From an uncultured Planctomycetia bacterium (GTDB lineage: Bacteria > Omnitrophota > Gorgyraeia > 2-02-FULL-51-18), in assembly GCA_964642015.1 (NCBI GenBank), contig CAZXLF010000002.1:159678-223677 (forward strand): a stretch of DNA of 64,000 nucleotides, in the 5' to 3' direction. The translations under genes were made by a program, and so were the position numbers. How positions within the stretch are numbered: position 1 is the first letter of the stretch; each line of letters begins with the position of its first letter. Shown here one piece after another: positions 50,466-59,924 of the stretch. Below the pieces are notes generated by a model. That model ran no database searches and was not told where the DNA came from. It saw only the letters and a list, made by a program, of their open reading frames with translations.

Positions 50466-50837
50466 ATGAAATGGATTTTTTTGATAGCCGGAGGGATCGC
50501 GGGGACCATATGCCGTTATCTGGTATCCGGGCTCGTTTATAAAGCGGCCGGGACGAATTTTCCTTACGGGACGCTAGTTGTTAATCTATCCGCGTGTTTG
50601 CTGATCGGCTTTCTTTCGGCGCTCAGCGATGATAAGTTTTTATTGAGCCCTGAAATGAAAATTCTGTGGATGGCCGGTTTTTGCGGCGCGTATAGTACGT
50701 TTTCTACGTTTATACTGGAGACTGCCAATTTAATGAAGGACGGTGAAATGACGAGAGCGTTTTGGAATGTTGCTTTGAGCGTTGTGGCAGGTTTTTTTGT
50801 TTTTAGTCTCGGTGCCATGTTAGGGAGATGGGTATGA
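50466..50837 (+). CDS. crcB: Fluoride ion channel CrcB/Fluc
   Basis: 'MKWIFLIAGGIAGTICRY…GFCGAYSTFSTF'. The ORF track starts at 50445; the Met at 50466 is more likely. Confidence 0.85.
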   Translation: MKWIFLIAGGIAGTICRYLVSGLVYKAAGTNFPYGTLVVNLSACLLIGFLSALSDDKFLLSPEMKILWMAGFCGAYSTFSTFILETANLMKDGEMTRAFWNVALSVVAGFFVFSLGAMLGRWV

Positions 50838-51169
50838 AGATCCCAAGAGAGGGTAAACTTTTAAGGATCTTTGTCGGTGAGCAGGATAAATGGGACCATA
50901 AGCCACTTTATGAAGAGATTGTTCTTCTGGCAAAGAAAGAAGGTTTGGCCGGCGCTACGGCGATAAAAGGTTTTCTGGGTTTTGGCTGCCACAGCCACAT
51001 GCATACAGCAAAGCTTTTACGTTTATCCGAAGACCTTCCTATTATCATCGAGATCGTTGACAGCGAAGAAAAGATCCAGGCGTTTTTGCCGAAATTGGAT
51101 GAAATGGTCAAAGAAGGCCTTATTACGCTTGAAAAAGCGACCGTGGTCATGTACCGAGCGGAAAAATAA
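50828..51169 (+). CDS. DUF190 (PII-like) protein commonly paired with crcB
   Basis: 'LRIFVGEQDKWDHKPLYEEIV…GATAIKGFLGFG'. Confidence 0.65.
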   Translation: MGMKIPREGKLLRIFVGEQDKWDHKPLYEEIVLLAKKEGLAGATAIKGFLGFGCHSHMHTAKLLRLSEDLPIIIEIVDSEEKIQAFLPKLDEMVKEGLITLEKATVVMYRAEK

Positions 51170-51170
51170 G

Positions 51171-51713
51171 ATGAAGTTTACGCCCACAAAATTTCCCGAT
51201 GTGATCCTGATCGAGCCGAAAGTGTTCGGTGATTCACGGGGTTATTTTTATGAAAGTTATCGGGAAGACCTTTTTGACAAGAACGGGATCCGCGCGCATT
51301 TTGTTCAAGATAATCAGAGCCGTTCCGCAAAGGGCGTATTGAGAGCGCTGCATTATCAGGTCAAACCAAAGGAGCAGGCGAAGCTCATTCGTGTGGTCAG
51401 CGGCGAAGTGTTTGATGTCGTGGTAGATATCCGCCCAAAATCAAAAACGTTCGGCCAGTATTATCATACGATCTTAAGCGCGGAGAACCGCAGGATGCTT
51501 TATATCCCGCAGGGATTCGCGCACGGTTTTCTGGCGTTGCAAGACAATACGGAATTTCTTTACAAAGTGACGGATTTCTATTCACCCGAACATGAACGCG
51601 GGATATTGTGGAATGACACCTCGATAGGCATTCCCTGGCCCAAACTCGATGTGCCGTACGATCTTTCGGAAAAAGACAAAAAAAGCCCGTCTTTTCGCGA
51701 AGTTTTCCGCTAA
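51171..51713 (+). CDS. rfbC: dTDP-4-dehydrorhamnose 3,5-epimerase
   Basis: 'FPDVILIEPKVFGDSRGYFYESY…LHYQ'. ATG at 51171, 1 nt after the DUF190 stop. The ORF-track start at 50982 is an upstream overextension. Confidence 0.9.
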   Translation: MKFTPTKFPDVILIEPKVFGDSRGYFYESYREDLFDKNGIRAHFVQDNQSRSAKGVLRALHYQVKPKEQAKLIRVVSGEVFDVVVDIRPKSKTFGQYYHTILSAENRRMLYIPQGFAHGFLALQDNTEFLYKVTDFYSPEHERGILWNDTSIGIPWPKLDVPYDLSEKDKKSPSFREVFR

Positions 51714-51719
51714 AATCCC

Positions 51720-52847
51720 TTGCGTTACATCAATCACCCATCTCTTCTTTCGGCCGCGATCGATCTGATCCGTTCATCTCCCTGGCTTTCGGTTGACACC
51801 GAAGCAGATAGTCTGCACCACTACGTTGAAAAATTGTGTTTAATGCAGATTAGCACACCAAATGAGGATCTGGTGATCGATCCGCTGGTCCCGCTGGACC
51901 TGGGTCCGGTCGCGGAAATTTTACTTAAGAAACCACTGATCCTGCACGGCGCCGATTTTGATCTGAGGATCTTGAAAAAAACTTTTGGGATCGTGCCGTC
52001 GGACATTTTTGACACAATGATCGCGGCACAATTTCTGGGTTATGAAAAACAAGGATTAAGCGATCTGGCTCTAAAACACTGTGACGTTCATTTGCCAAAG
52101 AGCGCCCAAAAAGCGGATTGGTCCGAACGTCCATTGGATGAAAAACTTCTTTTATATGCGGCAAATGATACGCATTATTTGAAGACGATTGCAGATGTCA
52201 TGAAAGAGGAATTGATCGCTTTGAAGAGGCTGGAATGGCACAGGCAAACCTGCCAGAAACTTGTCCGAACGATCGGACTTATCAAAGAAAACTCAAATGA
52301 CCGCCAATCTTCCTGGCAGGTCAAGGGTTCGAAGGTATTGAAGGGCGCAGCGCTTACCATTTTAAAGGAGCTGTGGTCATGGCGGGAATCAGAAGCACAG
52401 CGGAGGGACAAGCCAAGTTTTAAGATCATGAATTCTGAGATTCTGGTCGACATGGCCAAATGGTCAAGCGAGAATCTCGGAATGGATATTGCGCTGATGC
52501 CAAAAGCACCCCGTCACGTCAAGCAGGAATATCGTGATGTATTGAACCGCATCATTGACGATGCCAAACGCATGCCTTTGCCGAAGATCACTAATAAACA
52601 GGGTTTTAACCGATCGAAATCCTGGACTGAAGCATCTAAAAAGTGTTTTGATCTTCTTAAAGAAATGCGGGAAAAAATGGCGTCAGAGCTTAAATTGCAG
52701 CCGAGTCTTTTGGCAACGAACGCAGCGCTTGAATTTATTTCTTTGGCGGCGCCTAAGGATCAGCAGGCCTTAAAGTCTTTGGATTGTCTGATGCCTTGGC
52801 AGATCGAGTTGATGGGAGAGGATTTTTTAAAGGTAACAGCCGACTGA
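51720..52847 (+). CDS. rnd: Ribonuclease D (DEDDy 3'-5' exonuclease + HRDC)
   Basis: 'LSVDTEADSLHHY', 'LHGADFDL', 'YAANDTHYL' are the ExoI-III motifs. Confidence 0.8.
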   Translation: MRYINHPSLLSAAIDLIRSSPWLSVDTEADSLHHYVEKLCLMQISTPNEDLVIDPLVPLDLGPVAEILLKKPLILHGADFDLRILKKTFGIVPSDIFDTMIAAQFLGYEKQGLSDLALKHCDVHLPKSAQKADWSERPLDEKLLLYAANDTHYLKTIADVMKEELIALKRLEWHRQTCQKLVRTIGLIKENSNDRQSSWQVKGSKVLKGAALTILKELWSWRESEAQRRDKPSFKIMNSEILVDMAKWSSENLGMDIALMPKAPRHVKQEYRDVLNRIIDDAKRMPLPKITNKQGFNRSKSWTEASKKCFDLLKEMREKMASELKLQPSLLATNAALEFISLAAPKDQQALKSLDCLMPWQIELMGEDFLKVTAD

Positions 52848-52988
52848 TTATTTGCTCGAGCCGCTGTCAGCGTTTTTCGCGACAGCATAACCCCCGACCG
52901 CACCTCCTGCGACGAGCAAAGGCGCGCATCCCGAAAGAACCAAGGAAACGCCTAGAAGAATAATAAGTGATGTCAAACGTATCTTCAT
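52848..52988 (-). CDS. Unannotated small lipoprotein (46 aa) with glycine-zipper (entericidin/OsmB-like)
   Basis: Reverse frame gives MKIRLTSLIILLGVSLVLSGCAPLLVAGGAVGGYAVAKNADSGSSK: signal peptide, lipobox LSGC and a GxxxG zipper. It is under 60 aa so absent from the ORF track. Confidence 0.45.
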   Translation of the reverse strand: MKIRLTSLIILLGVSLVLSGCAPLLVAGGAVGGYAVAKNADSGSSK

Positions 52989-53020
52989 GAGCCGAATTTA
53001 TCATAAATCTTAGCTCTAAA

Positions 53021-53029
53021 CAAGCGAAT
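53021..53029 (+). promoter_or_regulatory. Extended -10 element TGgTATAAT upstream of gatC
   Basis: TGnTATAAT lies 19 nt upstream of the gatC ATG. No obvious SD, so a short leader. Confidence 0.35.
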
Positions 53030-53047
53030 TTGGTATAATGAAACCCT

Positions 53048-53341
53048 ATGAGTAACATTGACTTAAGACATATTGCCCGGCTTTCCCGGCTTCATCTGAC
53101 CGAAGAAGAGCTCAAGTTTTTTGAGACGCAGGTTGCGCAAATCCTGTCTTTTGTGGATAAGCTAAAAGAAGTGAATGTTGAGAATGTAGAGCCGACAAGC
53201 CATCCGCTTTCGTTGAGCAATGTCTTTCGCGACGATGAGGTCAAACCTTCATTGCCGATAGAAGGATTTCTCAAGCATGCGCCGAAGGCCAGAGGCAGAT
53301 TTTTCGAGGTTCCCAAGATCATAGAGGACAAGTCCCGTTAA
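53048..53341 (+). CDS. gatC: Asp/Glu-tRNA amidotransferase subunit C
   Basis: 'IDLRHIARLSRLHLTEEEL…NVENVEPTSHPL'. Confidence 0.85.
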   Translation: MSNIDLRHIARLSRLHLTEEELKFFETQVAQILSFVDKLKEVNVENVEPTSHPLSLSNVFRDDEVKPSLPIEGFLKHAPKARGRFFEVPKIIEDKSR

Positions 53342-53356
53342 AAATTCCCGCGCGCT

Positions 53357-54805
53357 ATGAATCTTTCACAAAAAACTGCATCACAATTAGCCGAACTTTA
53401 TCAAAAAGATTCGATCAACCAGAAAGAGATGCTGACCGATCTGTCCGCTTCGATCCAGTCTAAGGACCACGACCAAAGAAAAATAAATGCCTATGTGAAT
53501 TTTGATTCTATGAAACCGATGCACCGGAAGGCTGATAAAGGGTCAAAGCTTTGGGGGGTGCCGATGGCGATCAAGGATAATATCTGCGTCGAAGGCGAAG
53601 AGATCACTTGCGGTTCCAAGATCCTAAAAGGTTTTATCTCGCCATACAACGCAACGGTGATCGAGAAGCTCTTGAACGCCGGTGCGATCATTTTCGGCAG
53701 GACAAACCAGGATGAATTTGCGTTCGGTTCAAGCTGCGAGACTTCCTGTTATGGTCCGACAAGAAATCCGCGAGATCCGCAGAGAGTTCCTGGCGGCTCA
53801 AGCGGCGGTTCCGCCGCTTGTGTTGCAGACCACACGGCTATTGCGGCGCTCGGCAGCGATACCGGCGGGTCGATCCGTCAGCCGGCCGCGTTTTGCGGGG
53901 TCGTCGGGATGAAACCCACTTATGGACGCGTTTCGCGGTTTGGGCTCATTGCTTTCGCATCAAGTCTTGATCAGATAGGGCCTATCACTAAAGACGTAAG
54001 AGATAATGCGCTTTTGCTTCAGGTTCTGGCCGGTCACGATCCCAAAGATTCTACTTCCGCAGATATACCGGTGCCGAATTATTTAGATTTCTTGAGCAGA
54101 AACATCAAGGGTATGAAAATTGGTTTTCCGAAAGAAATGCAGCATAATCTGACTCCTGAAGGGAGTCAGGTGATGGATACCGCAATAAAAGTATTACAGG
54201 ATCAAGGAGCAGTCATTGATCGTCAAATATCTTTGCCTCATACTGATTATGCGGTAAATGTTTATTATATTGTGGCTCCTTCCGAAGCAAGTTCTAATTT
54301 GGCAAGATTCGATGGGGTTCGCTTTGGATTCCGCGATAAATCAGCATCTAGCCTTCTGGAAATGTATGAAAATACGCGCGGACAAGGATTTGGTGCCGAA
54401 GTAAAAAGGCGCATTATTCTTGGGACCTACAGCCTTTCAAGCGGTTATTACGACGCTTATTACTTGAAAGCCATGAAAGTGCGCACCAAAATTAAAAATG
54501 ATTATGATGAGGCTTTTAAAAAAGTGAACGCGATTATCATGCCGACGGCTCCCAGTTCCGCTTTTAAACTCGGAGAAAAAACTCAAAATCCTTTAGAAAT
54601 GTACCTGTCTGATATTTATACAATCTCAGCGAACCTTGCAGGAATTCCGGCGATATCGATCCCGGGGAGTCTATCAGTTGATCAAAAATTACCTTTGGGC
54701 CTGCAATTTTTAGGAAAACCCTTCGATGAAGGGACTTTGTACCAGATCGCCTATGCATTTGAACAGGCGACCGACTTTCACAAAAAATTGGGGAATGTGA
54801 GCTGA
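53357..54805 (+). CDS. gatA: Asp/Glu-tRNA amidotransferase subunit A
   Basis: Amidase signature 'GGSSGGSAA' and '[12 protein letters not shown]'. Confidence 0.95.
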   Translation: MNLSQKTASQLAELYQKDSINQKEMLTDLSASIQSKDHDQRKINAYVNFDSMKPMHRKADKGSKLWGVPMAIKDNICVEGEEITCGSKILKGFISPYNATVIEKLLNAGAIIFGRTNQDEFAFGSSCETSCYGPTRNPRDPQRVPGGSSGGSAACVADHTAIAALGSDTGGSIRQPAAFCGVVGMKPTYGRVSRFGLIAFASSLDQIGPITKDVRDNALLLQVLAGHDPKDSTSADIPVPNYLDFLSRNIKGMKIGFPKEMQHNLTPEGSQVMDTAIKVLQDQGAVIDRQISLPHTDYAVNVYYIVAPSEASSNLARFDGVRFGFRDKSASSLLEMYENTRGQGFGAEVKRRIILGTYSLSSGYYDAYYLKAMKVRTKIKNDYDEAFKKVNAIIMPTAPSSAFKLGEKTQNPLEMYLSDIYTISANLAGIPAISIPGSLSVDQKLPLGLQFLGKPFDEGTLYQIAYAFEQATDFHKKLGNVS

Positions 54806-56232
54806 TGCTGACGACGATAGGGCTTGAAGTCCATGTTCAACTCAATTCGAAAACAAAAATTTTCTGCGGATGTGAAATAAAATTCGGTAGCGCGCCAAAT
54901 AGCCAGGTGTGTCCGGTGTGCCTTGGTCTTCCGGGCGTGCTTCCCGTTTTGAACCGCGAAGTCTTTGATCTGGGTCTTCGTGCTGTGTTGGCGCTTAACG
55001 GGAAGATCTCCAAAAAAATAAAGTTCGACCGCAAAAATTATTATTATCCCGACCTTCCCAAAGGCTATCAGATCTCTCAATATGATTGTCCGCTGGGTCA
55101 GGGCGGCTTTATCGAGCTTAATTCAGGGAAGAAGATCCGTTTGAACCGCGCGCATTTAGAAGAAGATGCGGGCAAATTGATTCATGACCAATCGCCGGAT
55201 ACGAGCCACGTGGATCTAAACCGTGCCGGCACACCGCTTTTAGAGATCGTCAGCGAGCCGGATCTCGAAACTTCCGACGAAGCTTATGAATATCTGTCGC
55301 ATCTGAAAGCGCTCCTAAAAGCTGTGAGCGTCTCTGAGTGTGATATGGAAAAAGGCCATTTAAGGTGTGATGCGAATGTTTCAGTAAGAAAAAATTCTTC
55401 GGATGAATTGGGTAAAAAAGTTGAGATCAAGAACCTGAATTCTTTCAAAGCGGTTAAATCCGCGATCGAATTTGAAGTAAGTCGTCAGACGGAAGCGCTT
55501 GAAAAAGGGGAGAAACTTGTTCAAGAGACTCGTCTTTGGGATGATGCGCGTCAGAAAACTTTTTCGATGCGTTCCAAAGAAGAGGCGCATGATTACCGTT
55601 ATTTTCCTGAACCGGATCTCGTGCCGTTCAGCATTTCTGAAGAAGAGATCAGGAAGGAGAGAGAAGCGCTCAGCAAGCTCGAGCTCCCAAGACAACGTAA
55701 AGACAGATTCGTGAAGCAATACAGTTTGTCGGATTACGATGCTAAGCTATTAAGTGGTGATGAAAAGATTGCAGAATTTTTTGAGGAAACTCTCAAGCTT
55801 ACTAATAACCCAAAAACTGTAGCTAATTGGATTACGGGACCCATTTTTGCTTATTTAGGTGAGAAAAATACTACCATTGAGAGCACCAAACTTACGCCGT
55901 ATTTACTTGTTGGCACTTCTAATTTAGTGCAAGAGAATAAGGTGAGTTTTCAAGTTGCTAAGGAAAAAATTCTTCCAGAGGTTATAGAAAAAGGCCTTAA
56001 TCCGATAAATGTAATGGATGAAAAAGGTCTTGCGCAAGTATCTGACGACGGCGCTATTATCCGGTGGATTGTAGAGGTGATAAAAGAAAATTCCAAGGTT
56101 GTCGGAGATTTCAAATCAGGAAAAGAAACCGCCGCGATGTTTTTGGTTGGCCAAGTGATGAAGAAAAGCCAGGGGAAAGCCAATCCCGGAAAAGTGAAGG
56201 ACCTGCTTTTAGTCAAATTAAAAGAAGTTTAG
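54805..56232 (+). CDS. gatB: Asp/Glu-tRNA amidotransferase subunit B
   Basis: 'IGLEVHVQLNSKTKIFCGC', 'NRAGTPLLEIVSEPD'. C-terminal GatB/YqeY domain. Confidence 0.95.
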   Translation: MLTTIGLEVHVQLNSKTKIFCGCEIKFGSAPNSQVCPVCLGLPGVLPVLNREVFDLGLRAVLALNGKISKKIKFDRKNYYYPDLPKGYQISQYDCPLGQGGFIELNSGKKIRLNRAHLEEDAGKLIHDQSPDTSHVDLNRAGTPLLEIVSEPDLETSDEAYEYLSHLKALLKAVSVSECDMEKGHLRCDANVSVRKNSSDELGKKVEIKNLNSFKAVKSAIEFEVSRQTEALEKGEKLVQETRLWDDARQKTFSMRSKEEAHDYRYFPEPDLVPFSISEEEIRKEREALSKLELPRQRKDRFVKQYSLSDYDAKLLSGDEKIAEFFEETLKLTNNPKTVANWITGPIFAYLGEKNTTIESTKLTPYLLVGTSNLVQENKVSFQVAKEKILPEVIEKGLNPINVMDEKGLAQVSDDGAIIRWIVEVIKENSKVVGDFKSGKETAAMFLVGQVMKKSQGKANPGKVKDLLLVKLKEV

Positions 56233-56234
56233 CG

Positions 56235-57416
56235 ATGCGCAAGTTCTTTGTCCTATCAGCGATCTTGCTGGTTTTCGTTTCAGCTTTTGTGATCCTTTCT
56301 TTCAATCGGGCCCATGCCAAAAATCAAGAAAGCAGGGACGAACTTTTAAATCAATCTGGTGTATTTTTTAATCTGCTGTTGCTTGCCAAGTCTGATTACG
56401 TTGACGAAGTGCCTACCAAGAAACTTCTGGAAGGCGCAATGAACGGTTTGCTCAGATCTCTTGATCCTTATAGTCAATTTTTGACTGCCGAGGCATATGA
56501 AGAACTGAAGATGGATACACAAGGGCAATATTTAGGGATCGGGATAGAGATCAGTGTAAAGGGCGGAGCGCTTCATGTGATCGCGCCACTCGATGATACG
56601 CCGGCTGAGAGAGCTGGCATCAAAGCCGGTGATAACATCATCAAGATCAATGACGTTTCCACGAGGGATATCACACTGGCTGATGCTGTGAAAAGGATGC
56701 GGGGAGAGCCGGGCACGATCATTAAACTCACTATCTTGCGCGAAGGCGAGGACAAGGTAATGGATTTCTTGGTGAAGAGAGATAAGATCAAAGCAAAAAG
56801 CATTAAAGAAGCGAAGCTTTTGACCGGCAACGTCGGATATATCCGCATCTCGGCTTTTCAAGAGAGAAGCGCAGATGATTTTGACGCGGCGGTAAAAGAC
56901 CTGGAAAAGAAACAAATGTCAGGACTGATCCTCGACATCCGGAACAATGCCGGAGGTTTGCTTAGCTCCGCGGTCGAGGTTACGGAAAAATTCATCCCGG
57001 AAGGCAAAGTAGTCGTTTCCACTAAAGGCAGAAATCCGAAGAAGACAAATATTTATGTGTCAGATACCAAACATCCTTACGATATTTCCCCGCTGATCGT
57101 GTTGGTGGATAAAGGCAGCGCCAGCGGTGCGGAAATTTTAGCGGGGGCTATCCAAGACTATCATTTGGGCACGATCGTCGGAGTCAAAACTTTCGGGAAA
57201 GGTTCCGTGCAGTCATTGATTCCTCTGGGCGATGGCACTGCGGCGCGCATGACCACGAGCCGTTATTATACTCCGAATGGGCGGCTGATCCATGAAATAG
57301 GCATCATGCCGGATATTGTGGTCGAAGCGCAGGGCGACAAAAGCATCAAAGATAATCAATTGGAGCGCGCATTAACTCTCGTCAACGAATCGAAAACCAA
57401 GCCTTTGGCAGTGTAA
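56235..57416 (+). CDS. ctp: Carboxyl-terminal processing protease (S41, PDZ-containing)
   Basis: Signal/TM, PDZ 'GIKAGDNIIKIN', S41 core 'VLVDKGSASGAEILAGA'. Start moved to the ATG at 56235 just after the gatB stop; the ORF-track start at 56064 lies inside gatB. Confidence 0.85.
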   Translation: MRKFFVLSAILLVFVSAFVILSFNRAHAKNQESRDELLNQSGVFFNLLLLAKSDYVDEVPTKKLLEGAMNGLLRSLDPYSQFLTAEAYEELKMDTQGQYLGIGIEISVKGGALHVIAPLDDTPAERAGIKAGDNIIKINDVSTRDITLADAVKRMRGEPGTIIKLTILREGEDKVMDFLVKRDKIKAKSIKEAKLLTGNVGYIRISAFQERSADDFDAAVKDLEKKQMSGLILDIRNNAGGLLSSAVEVTEKFIPEGKVVVSTKGRNPKKTNIYVSDTKHPYDISPLIVLVDKGSASGAEILAGAIQDYHLGTIVGVKTFGKGSVQSLIPLGDGTAARMTTSRYYTPNGRLIHEIGIMPDIVVEAQGDKSIKDNQLERALTLVNESKTKPLAV

Positions 57417-57422
57417 AGGATC

Positions 57423-58286
57423 ATGAGAAATCTAAAAATAATTTTTTCTACCTTGTTTGTGATACTCATTAGTTTTTTTATAGTTCGTGCATGTGTCCAC
57501 AAACACGCGATTCGCCATGAGATCGAAAAACCACATCCTATAATTAAGAAAAAAGTAATTCACAGGAACGTTGTCCTGCCAGAGGAAGAAAAGGCAGCTC
57601 AGATGCCGTCAGAGACGCCTATCCAAGGACCTAGGATGGCGATCATTCTTGATGATTGGGGAAATAATTATTCTCTTTTAAAGTCGGCGATCGATATCGG
57701 TCGGCCGATCACTTTGTCTATCTTGCCGCATTTGACTAACAGCGCTCGCATTGCCGAAGAAGCTTATGAGAATAATCTCGGCGTGATGCTGCACATGCCC
57801 ATGCAGCCTAAGAACAAAACTAGAGGGCTTGAGCCGCATACGATTATGGTCACGGACCCTGATAGTGTGGTCGTGGAATATCTCGACAGCGCTTTAGAAA
57901 GTGTGCCGCATGCCGATGGCGTTAACAATCACATGGGTTCAGCAGCGACATCCGATGAGCGCGTGATGCGGACGGTTCTTTCGCATTTGACGGCGAAGAA
58001 CCTCTTTTTTATCGACAGCGATACCGATTCGACAACTGTTGCGCCCAAGATTGCCAGAGAAGTAGGCATCAAATTCGCCAAACGGAATGTATTTATCGAT
58101 AATGTCCCGGATGAGGAAATGATCAAAAATCAGCTCGAAAAAGCCAAAGCTTATGCTTTGAGGCGCGGCCGTGTGGTCGTGATCGGACATGACAAAAAAA
58201 TGACGCTTGACGTGATAAAGAGCATGGTCCCTGAAATCGAGAAAGCAGGCATCAAATTAGTTTTAGTGAAAGAGCTGGTAAATTGA
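57423..58286 (+). CDS. Divergent polysaccharide deacetylase family protein (YibQ-like)
   Basis: 'PRMAIILDDWGNN…LHMPMQP…NNHMGS' matches the YibQ/PF04748 pattern. The ctp-yibQ adjacency is conserved in other bacteria. Confidence 0.7.
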   Translation: MRNLKIIFSTLFVILISFFIVRACVHKHAIRHEIEKPHPIIKKKVIHRNVVLPEEEKAAQMPSETPIQGPRMAIILDDWGNNYSLLKSAIDIGRPITLSILPHLTNSARIAEEAYENNLGVMLHMPMQPKNKTRGLEPHTIMVTDPDSVVVEYLDSALESVPHADGVNNHMGSAATSDERVMRTVLSHLTAKNLFFIDSDTDSTTVAPKIAREVGIKFAKRNVFIDNVPDEEMIKNQLEKAKAYALRRGRVVVIGHDKKMTLDVIKSMVPEIEKAGIKLVLVKELVN

Positions 58287-59317
58287 GAAGATCTTCTATG
58301 CTTGCTCTTGGAATCGAAACATCGTGTGACGAAACATCCATTTCAATTGTGAAAGACGGCAGGAAAGTGCTGTCGAATGTCGTTGTTTCAAGTCTTAAGG
58401 AACATAAAAAATACGGCGGTGTTGTGCCGGAGATCGCTTCGCGGGCGCATCTTGAGACGATCTTGGCGTGTCTTGATCTTTCGTTAAAGAAAGCGCATTG
58501 TTCCTTAAAAGATGTTCAATTGATCGCAGTGACTCAGGGCCCTGGCTTGATGGGTTCTTTGTTGGTAGGGTTATCTGCAGCAAAGGCGTTGTCGTTCAGC
58601 TTAAAAAAGCCGCTCATCGGCGTTGACCATGTGATCGCACATATTTATGCGGGGTTTCTGAGCGATCCTACGTTAAGATTCCCTATACTAGGCCTTGTTA
58701 TTTCGGGGGGTCATACCATGATCATCAGAATGGAAAGCCCTCAGAAGATAAGGATTCTTGGGCGCACTCTGGATGATGCTGCGGGAGAGGCTTTTGATAA
58801 AGTTGCAAAAATACTGGGTTTGAGGTATCCTGGTGGTCCAGAGGTAGATCGTTTAGCCAAAGGTCAAGATTCCACGTGTTTTAAGTTCTCTAGACCCTTT
58901 CTTTCTAAAGATTCTTTAGATTTTAGTTTTAGCGGTATCAAAACGGCGGTATTTTATAAAGTTGAGCAGTTAAAAAAGAAAAAACCGCTGAGTCTCAAGA
59001 TCAAAAAAGAGATTTGTTCAGGTTTTCAAGAAGCGGTGTGCGATGTTCTGGTGGAAAAAAGTGTCCGGGCCGCCAAAAAAGAACATTTAAGCTCGATCAT
59101 AGTCGGTGGCGGTGTCAGCGCTAACTCACGTTTAAGATTTAAGTTGCGTCAGCGTGCCAAAACGGAATCTTTGAAAGTCGTTTTTCCTGACAACTATCTT
59201 TGTCAGGACAACGCGGCAATGATCGCAGCGCTCGGCACAGCTCTTTTTTTGGAAGGCAAGAAAGATAATTTAGAATTACCAAGCTATTCCGATTTTATGC
59301 GTCACTCGTTGGCTTAA
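58283..59317 (+). CDS. tsaD: tRNA N6-adenosine threonylcarbamoyltransferase
   Basis: 'LALGIETSCDETSISIV', 'GVDHVIAHI', 'VVGGGVSAN'. Confidence 0.9.
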   Translation: MRRSSMLALGIETSCDETSISIVKDGRKVLSNVVVSSLKEHKKYGGVVPEIASRAHLETILACLDLSLKKAHCSLKDVQLIAVTQGPGLMGSLLVGLSAAKALSFSLKKPLIGVDHVIAHIYAGFLSDPTLRFPILGLVISGGHTMIIRMESPQKIRILGRTLDDAAGEAFDKVAKILGLRYPGGPEVDRLAKGQDSTCFKFSRPFLSKDSLDFSFSGIKTAVFYKVEQLKKKKPLSLKIKKEICSGFQEAVCDVLVEKSVRAAKKEHLSSIIVGGGVSANSRLRFKLRQRAKTESLKVVFPDNYLCQDNAAMIAALGTALFLEGKKDNLELPSYSDFMRHSLA

Positions 59318-59366
59318 GAGTGTATCGTTAGGCCCGAACGAAGTTAGTCGAAGCATTAAAGCGGAG

Positions 59367-59924
59367 GTGTCTATGCTTGGTAAAAAGAATGGTTCTCAGG
59401 TACAAAAAGTTCCTGAAAAAAAAGTCCTAGACGTTGATGCGAGTTTTCAGGGCAATCTTATTTTCAAAGATGAGGTTAGTCTTCGGATCAGCGGGAACTT
59501 TGAAGGCCGGCTTGAAACAAAAGGTGATCTGTTTATCGGCGAGCGGGCTGTTGTCAGGGCTAATATTATCGGAGAACGTATCACGATAGCCGGGGATGTG
59601 AACGGTGATGTTACGGCGGCCTCTGAGATCACATTGACCGCCACGGCGAAAGTCGTGGGCGATATCCGAGCGCCTCAGCTTGTTATCGAGCGGGGAGCGG
59701 TGTTGCACGGTATGTCGCGAATGCTGGCAAGCCATGAAAAGGAAAATGCGCACCGGGCGATATTTTTTAATCTAGATGAAGTCTCTCGGTATCTTTCCGT
59801 CGAAGCCAATCTTATTACTGAATGGGTCGAAAGTGGGAAATTACCAGGTGTGCGGAACGGTGAAGAGTGGAGATTTGACAAGCAGAAGGTGGATGAATGG
59901 ATAGCCAACGGCAGGATCATTTAG
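59367..59924 (+). CDS. Bactofilin (DUF583 beta-helix) fused to C-terminal excisionase-type HTH (HTH_17)
   Basis: Bactofilin repeats 'FQGNLIFKDEVSLRISGNFEGRLETKGDLFIGERAVVRANIIGERITIAGDVNGDV'. C-terminal 'LDEVSRYLSVEANLITEWVESGKLPGVRNGEEWRFDKQKVDEWI' matches the HTH_17/excisionase DNA-binding domain. Confidence 0.65.
   Translation: MSMLGKKNGSQVQKVPEKKVLDVDASFQGNLIFKDEVSLRISGNFEGRLETKGDLFIGERAVVRANIIGERITIAGDVNGDVTAASEITLTATAKVVGDIRAPQLVIERGAVLHGMSRMLASHEKENAHRAIFFNLDEVSRYLSVEANLITEWVESGKLPGVRNGEEWRFDKQKVDEWIANGRII

Noticed and set aside
50982-51170. Upstream extension of the rfbC ORF (track start 50982)
   Set aside because: The extension overlaps the DUF190 gene out of frame. An ATG at 51171 gives the canonical RfbC N-terminus (MKFTPTKF…).
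52867-53058. ORF-track 63-aa minus-strand ORF (MLLIGFHYTKF…)
   Set aside because: Different frame from the lipoprotein ORF on the same DNA. It lacks a signal peptide, has an Arg/Cys-rich tail and overlaps the gatC promoter and start; judged less plausible than the 46-aa lipoprotein frame.
56064-56234. Upstream extension of ctp (track start 56064)
   Set aside because: Lies inside the gatB 3' end. The ATG at 56235 immediately follows the gatB stop and starts the signal/TM segment.
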